Origin: Vitrella brassicaformis CCMP3155
Lineage: Eukaryota; Protista; Chromerida
Assembly: GCA_001179505.1 (NCBI GenBank)
Contig: CDMY01000464.1
Coordinates: forward strand, 1-64,000
Direction of reading: 5' to 3'
DNA length: 64,000 bases
Shown: positions 39,501 through 51,284 of the stretch, piece after piece
Layout of the letters: each line of letters starts with the position of its first letter
Position numbering within the stretch: position 1 is the stretch's first letter
Notes under the pieces: generated by a model
Seen by the model: the letters and a program-made list of their open reading frames with translations, nothing else
Told to the model about the DNA's origin: nothing
Databases searched by the model: none
Translations under genes and position numbers: made by a program

Positions 39501-40300
39501 TGGCCTCGATGCTTCAGTCGAACGGCCCTGCAGCCGATGTCTTGAGGAAATACCACGCCACTGCCTGCACCGACATCACCGGTGCGTACGCCCCCTCACC
39601 TCCCCACCCACCCTACCAAATACCCCCCCAAGCACCAACACAACACCTGTTCATAGACATCCGTGTGTGGTTGGTGTGCAGGTTTTGGCCTACTCGGTCA
39701 TCTGAGCGAGATGGTGCGGTCGAGCCAGGCGAGAGACCCCTCCTGCGGCATCCGTGTGCGGCTGGACCCCTCACAAGTGCCGCTGCTCGATGGCGCACTC
39801 GAGTGCGTGAAAGACGGACATCTCTCGACACTACAGGAGTCAAATGAAAGGTGCGATGACGGACAGATGTGTGCAGTGGGTGAGTGTGTTTGTTGGTGGT
39901 GTGCGTGTGTGTAGAGTGAGTCGTTTCATCATCGATGCGGGAGGGGCTGCATCGTCAACGCCATCGTGTCGGCTGCTCTTCGACCCCCAGACGTCGGGCG
40001 GGCTCATCGCCACGGTGAGCAAGGCGTGCCTCTCTGCCTGCATGGCAGGGATGGGAGCTGTCTGTGTCGCAGGTGCCTGCATCAGCTGCAGCTGCGTGCA
40101 TTGAAGATCTACGCGCATCAGGGTATGTAGAGTAGAGGAGACGCAGCCAGAGCATCGCACAGCTCACCCACACACGATGCGATCGATGCGTCTGTGTCTG
40201 TGTATTGGCCAGCCACGGTTGTGCATCGGTCATCGGCGATGTGGAGACGACAGCCGAGGCCATGGCCGAGGATGAGCCGTTCATTTCGCTGGCTGGCTAA
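36589..40300 (+). CDS. selD: Selenide, water dikinase (selenophosphate synthetase) fused to an N-terminal NADH-dehydrogenase-like FAD domain
   Basis: [40 protein letters not shown], then [29 protein letters not shown]...[30 protein letters not shown] and [10 protein letters not shown]. The start may be 36589 or 36796/36802. Confidence 0.92.
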
Positions 40301-40310
40301 TGTCAGCTGA

Positions 40311-42091
40311 TCAAGGAGTGGATGTCATGTGGATGTGAAGACGACTTTTGTATTTTTGCTGGGGTAGATAATCAGAGGAAAGTGAAGTAGGACTAAGGAC
40401 CCGTGCAGTGCAGTACATACGCGACTGTCCTTCGTTCGATGACATGAATCCAAATGCAGCCGAGCTACTGCGCAGCCATACTGACTGCACACGGGGGGAT
40501 GGGGGGATGGACCAACCGACGGAGAGACACGTAGTGGCTGCACACTTCACATCAAACCGGTCGATCCGCATGCAATAGTCACTGAGTAACAAACCAACGG
40601 ATATAAAATGCAGGCAGCGATCCCGCCGCTTCCTCATCATCGAGCATGTCGTCCCGCTCTTCCTCTCCTGTCCCCTTGAATGGTGCGATGAACACACTAC
40701 TCCCCTGACAGACAGACAGACAGACAGAAGAGCACGGATGACACGGCCCCGCCTGCCTGAATCTTCCCTCTGTGTGTGTTTGTACCTGTCTGTGTGGTTT
40801 CGACAGTGTGGGTGTCGGCCATATGCAGCACCCCGACAATCTGCATCCATCCATCCATCCATCCAACACAGACAGAGACACAGACACAGTGAGGTGAGTG
40901 TGCTGTATGTATGTGTTTGAGTGTGGTGTGTTATATATGTGAGTATGTGTGTCGTGCCCATACAGTGAGTGTGTGGCATAATCGGCAAACGTGTGGGCCC
41001 CACCCCGCCTCCGCCCGCGAATGCCATTGCAGGCAGGTCATGGTGGCCCTCGTAAGCATACTGACCACCTGATAGATAGACAGAGATGGATGAATAACAA
41101 ACAAAGAGACAGACAGGTGCATCGCATCCATCATGTCATGAATGATGGATGGATGACGAGGGGAGGTGTGTCTTTATTTACCGCACCGCATGTGTAAAGA
41201 CACTTACTTACAGCAAATGGTCGCAGCCCCATTTCGAAATGAATGCCTGCCCTTACCACTATAGGCCTCGCAGCGCCATAGCCCACCCTCTGCACACCAC
41301 AACACAACACAACACACATGCAGACATACATACCCCCACACAGACACAGACACACAGCGCATCTCTCGCCTGCTGCCATCACTCCCCCTCTCTCTCTCCC
41401 CGTCACTTACGGCATAAGGATATGGATAGCGCGGCACGTCACTTGGAAGAGGGTTGGGATGCGGCTGGTCCCAGGGCGTCGGCCAGATGACTGGCGGGGG
41501 GAAGGCCGGCCCAATCGCCTCATACGGCACCGCTGCAGCAGCAGCCGTGGGGCTGGCCAGCGATGAGTCGGTGAACACGCTGCCGTGGGGAAGCTGGCGT
41601 CGAGTGGTCCTGCAGCGTGTAGTTGTTGAAGGGCAGTGGGTGGGGGGGAGAGACTATGGTCGCCGGGGAACCGAGTACCGACACACGCCTGAAACAGCAC
41701 ATGCAGCAAGCCATGAGTGATGGAGGGCGACGTATGTGTGTGTTGGCCATTCCCTCCCTCCTCTCTCTCTCTCTCTCTCTCTCCCTCTGTCTGTCTGTCT
41801 GTCTCTCTCTCTATCTGTCTGTCTCCATCACCCACCTTGGAAGGATCCGCTCATCCACTGGCCCACGCCCATCTGCTGGAAGTCTTCATCGCATGCCTCA
41901 TCGACATCGCGACATCCCAATCCCCCCGCCCAACTGGTGAATGCAGCAGCGTCACCACCCAGGCGACTCCCACTCGCCGCTGTCGGTCCTTCTCGAAGCT
42001 CCGCCTGACCTCCCTGCCAGTGGTGGTGCTGCTGCCGTTGTGGGTCAAACCGCATCGCCGTGTGCTGGTGGTGCATGCTTCTCAAGGCCAT
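40311..42091 (-). pseudogene. Frameshifted copy of the orphan His/Pro-rich gene; 3' end uncertain
   Basis: Exon 2 has 19-nt and 23-nt deletions relative to copy B. The shifted frame meets TAG (GVCRYSVPRRP*). Confidence 0.55.
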
Positions 42092-42323
42092 GGGAGGCTG
42101 CTGGACTCATGGACCGAAGCCGTCCTGACTATTGCGTCCTCGTCGTCTTTGTCGGAACGACAACCAGCAAAGAGAGGAATATATCTCACCATATCCAAAC
42201 GCAACTCGTGGATGGTCACCAACACATCGCATTCTAAGAGGAATCTGGAAAGAAAGAAGGCGACTCAGAGGCGTGTGCAGTGGTCACGATCCTCCGTGTG
42301 TACACCGCCATCTTTGTTGTGTC
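40682..42323. repeat. Segmental duplication, copy A (~1.64 kb)
   Basis: Collinear with 44681-46347 through both exons and microsatellite introns; high but imperfect identity by eye. Confidence 0.95.
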
Positions 42324-42476
42324 ACCTGGTCTAGCTTGTCCCTCAGTGTGGCCAGCTCCTGTCTGCACCCACACAAATCACAACAAACGCAGCCAGCACG
42401 AGAAAGACATGTGTGTGGATGACAGACGCTGGCTGCCTTTCATGAAATCGCGCCCGCTCGTGTGCCAATCAATTGC

Positions 42477-42810
42477 TTACTGGAGCATCTCCCGGTGGGC
42501 CCTCTGTCTGCCCAGCTCGGCTGCCAAGTCGCGGTAGAGGCACGAGTCCTTCGACGGTTCGGGCCACTCCTCGTTGAGCATGTCGTACACCTCCTGCATG
42601 CACCAGTCCGCTGGGACCCCGGACCTCGCCAGAAGCTCACTCACCAAGTTGGAGTAGTGCTCGAAGTTGGTTTTCTCCTCTTCGAGAACACACACACACA
42701 CACACACACAAGTCGACCATCCATCTCTCTCTTACTCCAGCCTTGGTCCGCTGCAGCTCAGCCCGCAGAACAGCCACCTTCCTCACACAGAGGATTCTCG
42801 TCGCTGCACA
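42477..42810 (-). other. Orphan coding-like exon(s): ILCVRKVAVLRAELQRTKAG / EKTNFEHYSNLVSELLARSGVPADWCMQEVYDMLNEEWPEPSKDSCLYRDLAAELGRQRAHREMLQ
   Basis: Protein-like helical composition flanked by splice-like signals; parent gene unclear. Confidence 0.35.
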
Positions 42811-43041
42811 TAGACAGCCGGTAACAAAACACAGAAAGCAGCCTTTGTTGCGTCTCGCATTGCAACTTGTCATGCTAAAAAACCCAGTCCTCCTGTGTGT
42901 AACGCCATTGCGAATCCTCGGCACCACGCTTGATATCTGTGTGCTTTACGTTACGTGCCACAAAACAAACAAAGGATATAAGATGTAGGCAGCGATCATC
43001 CTTACGCACGCCACACGGAGAAGGCAAGGGCGAGTGATGAC

Positions 43042-43155
43042 GTTGTCGAAGCTGACGTAGTCTCTGATCGCCGGTGGGAGCTCGCATGCAGCAACCGCAT
43101 TGCGCATCAGACACCAGGTCATGCGAGTGCGACTCCACTGATTGCGAATGCGTCC
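43042..43155 (-). pseudogene. Frameshifted paralogous fragment of the last exon of the 46991-48505 gene
   Basis: THSQSVESHSHDLVSDA..LPPAIRDYVSFDN aligns to THSLSVKRHSFDLVSAA..LPPLIRGYLRFDN (46997-47112) only with two 1-nt deletions. Confidence 0.7.
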
Positions 43156-43610
43156 GTGTGTATGTTATGTGGTTGTGTGGATGCGAGCGTACCCCTGCGA
43201 TGCGCGAGAGGCCTTTGCCGTAGGCCCGGTACCTCGCCACACATCCTCACCAATACCACCACTAGCAGCAGCAGCAGGGGGTGTGTCTCTCTGAAACACA
43301 AGACACACACATCGAGACGTATGGGCCATGATGGCAAAATCCTCTTTCTCTCTTTCTCTGTGTGCCTGTGCGACCGCCTCTGGCTTCGAGTAGCACCTCC
43401 ATCCAGCCCTGTGACCCCTGTCGTAGAACAGCGTCAGGAAGTCATCCTGCCCCACATGCATGATGGACAACAATGATGTGTATGTATGTAACTCATGGCA
43501 GGTGGGCACCTCCCCTTCTCTCCCCTGCGTGCCTTTTCTGTTAACACTGCAGCCATAACACATATTCGATGCGTGTCATTCAGTGTCTCTCTTCTCTGCG
43601 TCTGTGGTAC

Positions 43611-44130
43611 CCAGCATGACTTTCCCGTCTGCGTATATCTCGGCGAGACGGCATATCTGCTCCGTCATCCACCCGTACAACCCAGGACTCACGTGACACT
43701 CTCCTACACACACGACACACATGGGCACACAATGTCATCCCCATCTCTCATGCGCGCAATTGTGGGCTCACCCAGGGGGTCGAACTCTACAGCTTCCATG
43801 CCATGTGGTGTACCACAGGCACGATGACGTGCTTGAAGATGGCGTAAAGGTTGAGTGTGGCGCCATAGCCATAGCCATCGCTCTCCCCCATCTCGTCCAT
43901 GTCACCCGTGTTCTGATCAGACACCAGCAACGGATCCGTTGCTGGAATGATTTCCGTTGCTGGCAGGCTTACGGGGCAGAAAGATGAGTATCTGTGTATC
44001 GAACAAAAGAACACATCAGGGTCAGTCCAGAAGATGTTCTGGGTGCCGTTGCCTGACACGCTCACAGACACACACACACACACGCCATATGATTGACGTG
44101 CCATCCATGTTGCGACGATGTTGAGGCGTG
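43611..44130 (-). pseudogene. Class II histone deacetylase catalytic-domain relic with internal deletions
   Basis: Spliced reading GNGTQNIFWTDPDVFFCSIHRYSSFCPNTGDMDEMGESDGYG..YAIFKHVIVP..EFDP/LGECHVSPGLYGWMTEQICRLAEIYADGKVML. The SAGFD segment is missing and there is an in-frame TAG at 43787-43789. Confidence 0.75.
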
Positions 44131-44492
44131 TCTCTCTTTAGGCTTACCCTCTTAGTAGGCGGCTTGTACGTGTAAAAACACGTGGGGTTGATGTCTCACG
44201 GCCCAAAAAATATAAAATGTAGGCAACGATGAGCAGGCTCGACACTCTCGCTGGGCGCAATCACGGCCAACCACACGCACGCACGAGCGCACCCCCACGC
44301 ATTCATGGCAGTGTTAGTCGCCCCACTGGGGGCAGGCCAAATCACCGCTGTGATCTCCAGCCACGAGATCTGGAACACACACACACACACCACCGACACG
44401 AAGATGGTCACACATACGCAGACACCGCGCGGCGGCTCGCTCACTGGGAAGGACGCAATGAAGTAAGTAGTCGTCGAGGGCCTTGGCTGATG

Positions 44493-46124
44493 TCACCTCG
44501 GGTTGCAGATCAACCATGTGGAGCGCGAGAGCCTCTTGAGGGGTCCGTCTGCGGCTGTCTGGTCGCCTCCCCCGTTGGACGGCATGTGCCTGTGGGCCCC
44601 GGTGGCCACCAGTGGGTGGGATGGCGCGGCTAATCGACGGTGGGGTGGCGGGGGTCGGAAGGGGGGACGACCGCTGGAGGGGTGCGATGAACACACTACT
44701 CCCCTGACAGACAGACAGACAGACAGAATAGAACGGATGACACGGCCCCGCCTACCTGAGTCTTTATTCTGTGTGTGTTTGTACCTGTCTGTGTGGTTTC
44801 GGCAGTGTGGGTGTCGGCCATATGCAGCACCCCGACAGTCTGCATCCATCCATCCATCCATCCATGCATCCAACACAGACAGAGACACAGACACAGTGAG
44901 GTGAGTGTGCTGTATGTATGTGTTTGAGTGTGGTGTGTTATATATGTGAGTATGTGTGTCGTGCCCATACAGTGAGTGTGTGGGATAATCGGCACACGTG
45001 TGGGCCCCGGCCCGCCTCCGCCCGCGAATGCCATTGCAGGCAGGTCATGGTGGCCCTTGTAAGCATACTGACCACCTGATAGATAGACAGAGATGGATAA
45101 ATAACAAACAGACAGACAGACGGATGCGATGCATCGCATCCATCATGTCATGAATGATGGATCCATGGATGGGGAGGTGTGTCTTTATTTACCGCACCGC
45201 ATGTGTAAAGACACTTACTTACCAGCAAATGGTCGCAGTCCCACTTCGAAATGAATGCCTGTCCTCACCACCATGGGCCTCGCAGGGCCATAGCCCACCC
45301 TCTGCACGACACAACACAACACACATGCAGACATGCATACATACCCCCACACAGACACAGACACACAGCGCATCTCTCGCCTGCTGCTCTCTCTCTCTCT
45401 CTCTCTCTCTCCGTCACTTACGGCATAAGGATTTGGATAGCGCGGGACGTCACTTGGGCGAGGGTGGGCATGGGGGTGGTCCCAGGACGTCGGCAAGATG
45501 ACTGGCGGGGGGAATGCCGGCCCAATCGCCTCATACGGCACCGCTGCAGCAGCCGTGGGGCTGGCCAGCGATGAGTCGGTGAACACCACGCTGCCGTCGG
45601 GAAGCTGTATCCGGTTGACGCCCGCTGACGCTGACGAGTGGCCCTGCAGCGTGTCGTTGTTGAACGGCAGTGGGTGGGGGGGAGAGACGATGGTCGCCGG
45701 GGAACCGTCGCCGCCATGACTACACGAGTACTCACACACGCCTGAAACAAACAGCACATGCAGCAAGCCATGAGTGATGGAGGGCGACGTATGTGTGTGT
45801 TGGCCATTCCCTCCCTCCTCTCTCTCTCTCTCTCTCTATGTCTGTCTGTCTGTCTGTCTGTCCCCATCACCCACCTTGGAAGGATCCGTTCATCCACTGG
45901 TCCACGCCCATCTGCTGGAAGTCTTCACCGCATACCTCATCGACACCGCGACATCCCAATCCCCCCGCCCAACTGGTGAATGGAACTGTGTCAGCATTCA
46001 GGCGACTCCCACTCGCCCCTGTCGGTCCTTCTCGAAGCTCAGCCTGACCTCCCTGGTGGTGCTGCGGCCGTTGTGGATCATCCCGCACCGCCGCGTGCTG
46101 GTGGTGCATGCTTCTGAACGCCAT
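44493..46124 (-). CDS. Orphan His/Pro-rich protein with a possible C-x10-C-x9-C-x2-H motif; apparently intact copy, 3' end uncertain
   Basis: Six exons splice in a consistent phase. Compared with copy A, exon 1 has an in-frame indel and the YCRG exon has synonymous changes (TAT/TAC, TGT/TGC). Confidence 0.5.
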
Positions 46125-46347
46125 GGGAGGCTGCTGGACTCATGGACAGAAGCCGTCCTCACTATTGCGTCCTGTCCATGAGACAACCAGCAAAGAGAGG
46201 AATATATCTCACCAAATCCAAACGCAACTCGTTGACTGGTCACCAACACATCGCATTCTAAGAGGAATCTGGAAAGAAAGAAGGCGACTCAGAGGCGTGT
46301 GCAGTGGTCAGGATCCTCCGTGTGTACACCGCCATCTTTGTTGTGTC
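44681..46347. repeat. Segmental duplication, copy B (~1.67 kb)
   Basis: Direct repeat of 40682-42323, offset about 4.0 kb. Confidence 0.95.
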
Positions 46348-46990
46348 TTACGTGGGCTGCTGGCCAAGCCGCCTCAACATGGCTGCCTCCCATCCACTGC
46401 AGGTGTCGCTTGACTTGCTTTCCGCCGATTCCTGGGGCTAAAGCAGCAAGAAGAAACGATGAGAAGAGACAGCGACATTGCCAGCGGAATGGCTGACCAC
46501 ATGCAGCAGGTAGGCTCTCCGCATGGCCTCATCGACACGCCCGGCCAGCAACGATGCGATGTATGCGAGCGGCGCCTCTCCGGCATCGGCTAGCGACGAG
46601 AAGGACGCTGCAACCAATAATGTAACGTAGGTATGTATAGTCTGTTCTTGGTGATTTTCTCATTCTCTCTTTCCTTGTCCGACAATGGCCCGCACGTCCT
46701 CATATCGCCGCATCACGAAGAATGGCCATGCAAGACGGCGTGCCTTGTACCGCCTCAGCTGTGGCAGCAGATCTCCTTGGTCTCTGCTCGCACCCGCCCA
46801 CATCAACTCACTGGACGACACCAAAATGAAGCGGCGACAGCAGGCATCAGCACCGCATTCATCCACTTGCTCTTGCGTACCTGCGCACTTCAGAAGTCAT
46901 GATGTCGACGGCCTGTTGATAGTCCTGCTCGCGGTCACTGCATAAAGACAACAAGGGTTTGTGATGAGTGATGATCGAGCGCCCTTTCAC

Positions 46991-48505
46991 TCACGCGTTG
47001 TCGAAACGGAGGTAGCCTCTGATGAGCGGGGGGAGCGGCGTCTGCAGCAACCACATATGCGCAGCAGACACCAGGTCAAATGAATGTCTCTTGACTGACA
47101 ACGAGTGCGTCCAGCTGACCAGCATGTCCTCATCTCTGCACAATTTGCGGCTCTCAACATAATGCGCGACCACCGGCCCAACTGCCAAATGGCGGTGGGG
47201 ACTGTCCTTGCAAAGATCCTCACTCACCTGAGCAAAAAGGAGAAGGGAAATCACTGGCGAGACGACACACGTGACATCCTCTCACCTCCCGCAGCAGCCT
47301 GCACCCCTTTTTTGGGTCGTCCGGCACCGACAGCTTTATCGACAGAAACGTTCGTATCCCCAACTATGCCAATCCTGCCCCAAACAGAGAAGAAAACCCA
47401 CGGAAAGAAGAGAAGAGAATCCAATTTGTGTGTATTAGCTCGGTCTCCATTTGCTTCTCCGGTCGAGACGCTGGCACAGACAGACAGCCAGACAGACAGA
47501 CAGCAGACAGTCCGTGGATGTATCCTTGTCTGGTGCATTCGATCGCCGCCTTTTTGCTGGTCGAGGGCTTCGGCTCCGGCGCAGGTGTCTGCGCCATCCT
47601 TGGATGTCTGTCAGCACCTGCCCTGCCCCGGTCTTCCTGGCGGCCATCTCCTTAGCGGCATGAAACAGTCAGCTGCACCGAAGAACACAAGAAGTATCTT
47701 TGGCATCTCTGCAAGGCTGTCCTGTCCTTACACGACATCCTTTCAACGACGAAGATAAAGTCTTTCTTGAGGGTCGCAATGAGTAGAGGGATGAATCTGG
47801 CCTCAGTTGTCGCTTGCTCATGGCCAACACCTGACCAGCCGCACTCACAACTATAAGAACAACCTTCACCCTCTTCTTTTCTCACGCGCTTGGTGGTTGC
47901 TGGCGGGTGGTGCTTCTGCCTGCTTGGGAAGGGGCTGCTGGGGCGTCTGCGCCGGCACCTGCCGCTCAACAATAAGCCTGTTCACTCTGGCGTTGATGTC
48001 CGCAGTCCTTGCCGCAATAACCCGGAGAATCTCGCAGCTCGACAGCTCAGAGCTGCACCAAGAGATAAAGACACAGTGTAGGCCCCAATGGAGATCAATC
48101 CTTCTTCCCTTGCCTTGTTCGTACCATTCGTCGGTCATTGGTCCGCACGGTTCCCTCGGTGTGGCAGACGGGCCTGCCGACGATGGGCTTGGCGCCGAGT
48201 TTGGCGGCTGTCTTCTCCCGCTGAAGATGCCCACCACGAGCAGACAGATCCTTGTTCGTGTATCGCGCGCGTGTGTGTGTGTCGGTGTGTATTCATTCGT
48301 TCGCCCACCTGCTCTGCGAGGTGCAGGCATTCGGTGCAATACGCCCTCGCACGGCCAAAATAAGGGAAGTCCAAGCCGGGCCAGGGCGAGCACAAAATGA
48401 CAGCACACGAATGAGAAACGTACAGACGGGAGGAGGGACGTGCATTGCGGCCGTCTGCCGTCCTGCCGTCCTCTTCCTTATCCCCTTCTCGCCTCCTCGC
48501 ACCAT
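46991..48505 (-). CDS. Hypothetical lineage-specific protein, multi-exon
   Basis: Chainable exons (RICLLVVG..IAARTADINARVNRLIVERQ; EARFIPLLIATLKKDFIFVVE; last exon ending LPPLIRGYLRFDNA*). Start and internal structure uncertain. Confidence 0.4.
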
Positions 48506-48711
48506 GGTCTGCCTTCGCGGTGGTGGTGCGGACAACGCGAACGGCAAGTCGATGTCGATGCTTGAATGAACGGGAGCACGGGAAAAGGCGAAGAACGAGG
48601 GGATGAAAAAGGGGAACACAGGCGAAGAAAAAAGAAAAAAGAGTTCCCGTCTCGTCCCTCAATTTTCTCGACGGGCGAGCTTTTGAGCTCCGAGAAGGAA
48701 AGCACAAAACC

Positions 48712-50318
48712 ATGTCGAAAGTGTGCACAGACATCAGCACCACCTACCCACCTTCGGCAAGAAACGCCATCGCCCCGAATCCCTTCATCGCATGGGCGCT
48801 GACCACATTTCGTGCTGTCGAAGAGCCGCAGAAGACCGCGGAGGGCGGCGGAAAGGCGCGCCTGATCTCGATACCAGGCGAGCAGACACACCTGCGCCTC
48901 TGATCATTGCCAGATCTGGCTGACTAATGTCTGCTGTGTGTTGCGTGTTGCAGTGTCTCATTTCACCGAGAAGGTGCGGTGGGCTCTCGACCTGAGTGGA
49001 GATGACTACGTTGAGGACGCCCACCCGCCCGGCATGCACGCGCACTACACACTCGAGGCCACCAAAGGTGAGTGAGCGCGAGGGTGGGTGAACGGACACA
49101 ACCGACACAGACACGCAGACAGAGATGCACACATAGCGGGCTGATGACTGGTCTCCGCTGCGTGTGTGCATCATGTAGGTGCATCGACGATGGTGCCCGT
49201 GCTGGTGCTGCCTGACGGCAAGGTGCTAACGGACTCGTCAGACATTCTCGACTTCATCGCTGAGAAGCATCCTGAGCTCAACCTCTACCCCGCTGAGCAC
49301 AAGGAGGAGATCAAGGCATTCGAGAGGGTCAGCCAATGAGCTTTTACATGCGCTTGCACGCAGGCAGACGTATCACTCACTGCATGTGATAGATCGTGAA
49401 CGAGAAGCTGGCGCCGGCAGTGCGGTCGATGGCCTACACGATATATGGCAAGGACGCATCAGCCAAGATCAAGATAGCCCGGGTGTTCATGTCGCACGGA
49501 TCCGTCGTCGAAAACATGATGGCGCCATTCGTCCTCCCTGTGGTGCGCAGCACATGCGCGCAATTCCGGGACTGATGATTGCTGGATGGCGTATCCCCGT
49601 GTGTGGATGTGTGTGCGTCCTGCAGATGGCAGGCATCATGACAAAGGCGTTCGGTCTGTCGTGGGACAGGCTGGATGAGTACCAGAAGGAGGTCATGGAT
49701 GTCTTCACACTTGTCGAAAACAAACTCAGGTCCGCCCGCAAACCACTCACACAATCACCGTGAGCGATGGATGGATGGATGGTTTCTCTGTGTGCGTGTG
49801 TGTGAAGCGACGGTCGGCAGTACCTCTTCGGATCGTCCTTCACTGCTGCCGACCTGGTCAGTCACTGAGTGACACAGCACGCGACCATCCATCCATCCAT
49901 CAATCAATCCATCCATCCATCCGTGTGTCCATTGCCTCACTCACCCGTTTCGTCCACAGACGTTCGCTGCCATCGCAAACGTGCTTGTCGGCGTTCCCCA
50001 GATGAGCGGCGTCTTCGGCCAGTCCGAGTCCTATGACGCTTCGCCGCCAGAACTCGAGAAGAGAGTACGCACACACTCACATAAACACACACACACACTC
50101 ACACACACACAGAGCACAAGATGCATTCTCCTTTCTCTCTCTGTGTGTGTGCACGTGTCCGTCTGTTTGTTCAGAGAGGTCAGCTTCGGTCGACCAAGGC
50201 CGGGCAGCACTGTCTGAAGGTCTACGAGACTTGCCGGTTCCCCGAGAAGCACGGGGGCGACGGCAAGGTGCGCATCAAGACCGGCAAGGTCAACAAGATA
50301 CTCGGCTACAGATTCTGA
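48712..50318 (+). CDS. Glutathione S-transferase family protein (GST N-terminal thioredoxin fold plus C-domain)
   Basis: LISIPVSHFTEKVRWALD, VPVLVLPDGKVLTDSSDILDF and YLFGSSFTAADLTFAA. Intron 1 (48878-48953) is GC-AG. Confidence 0.88.
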
Positions 50319-51284
50319 TCCACCACACACTCAGACCGACCGACGAGGGTGCATACGGGCATACACACATATGACCAGGTTTGAACGTATGTGTGTGTCA
50401 GTTTTGTGAGTATTCGTACAGACACGTAGTGGTAGTTAGTGAAGGCTGGCTAGGAATTAAACGTGTGCTGCCCTATGGGCGTCATTTTGTTGCCCTCACT
50501 TTATGCATGGCATGCAACGCGATGGATGGATGTGACGGTTCGATGGCTGGCTGCCGAGAGAGGGACTGGCTGAGATGGCTTTTCGTTGGTCTCGTTTGCC
50601 TGCTCTCATGCAGTTGTTCGGCATGTGATCAGGCATCCTGCAGTCGACGGAATGCCCGATAGCGTGCTGGTCAACGGCGTCACGAGAGCTGGCAGACAGA
50701 CAGACAGACAGAGGAAACGGCGATCAAGGAGGCCGTAACGAGAGTCTTGGGTCAGTGAGCAGGCTTTTCTGCTCTGTGTCCGTCCATGCAAGTGCTGGTG
50801 TGGTGTGCTGTGCTGTGTTGTGTCATGTCACGTGGGCCTTCGTACGGACTCACAGCAGTCATTGCAGCTGTGAGTGAGAACAACGATAAATGACGAACGG
50901 AACGGCAATGCCTTTTTTTCGTGCCACTAGGTCATAAAGATTGCTGGTTTTCCACGACGACGACGTGTGTTTCCATGGATTGCGGTGGGGTGGTGCGCCT
51001 CTGTTCGGTCTCGTTGGGTTCCTCGCTTCGTTGGCCCCACAGACGGGGGACAGCGAAGGCAGGAGGATGACGACACCGAACAGAGACCATCGACACCCCT
51101 TGCCGACGGGTTGAGAGAAGGAATGTTCTGGTAATGGGAGAGACGACTCGACATATGAGAATGAACACATTGAGGAAATCAATCAATGCAGTCCGTCCGT
51201 CACAAGCCATGGGCCACAAGACACTCTCGGTTAGGTCCAATCCAACCCAATCCAAGCCAGCCCCGTGTCAGTCTGTCCCATTAT

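Noticed and set aside
50381-51280. Short ORFs between the GST and TFIIIC genes
   Set aside because: No recognisable motifs or consistent splice chain; likely convergent UTRs.
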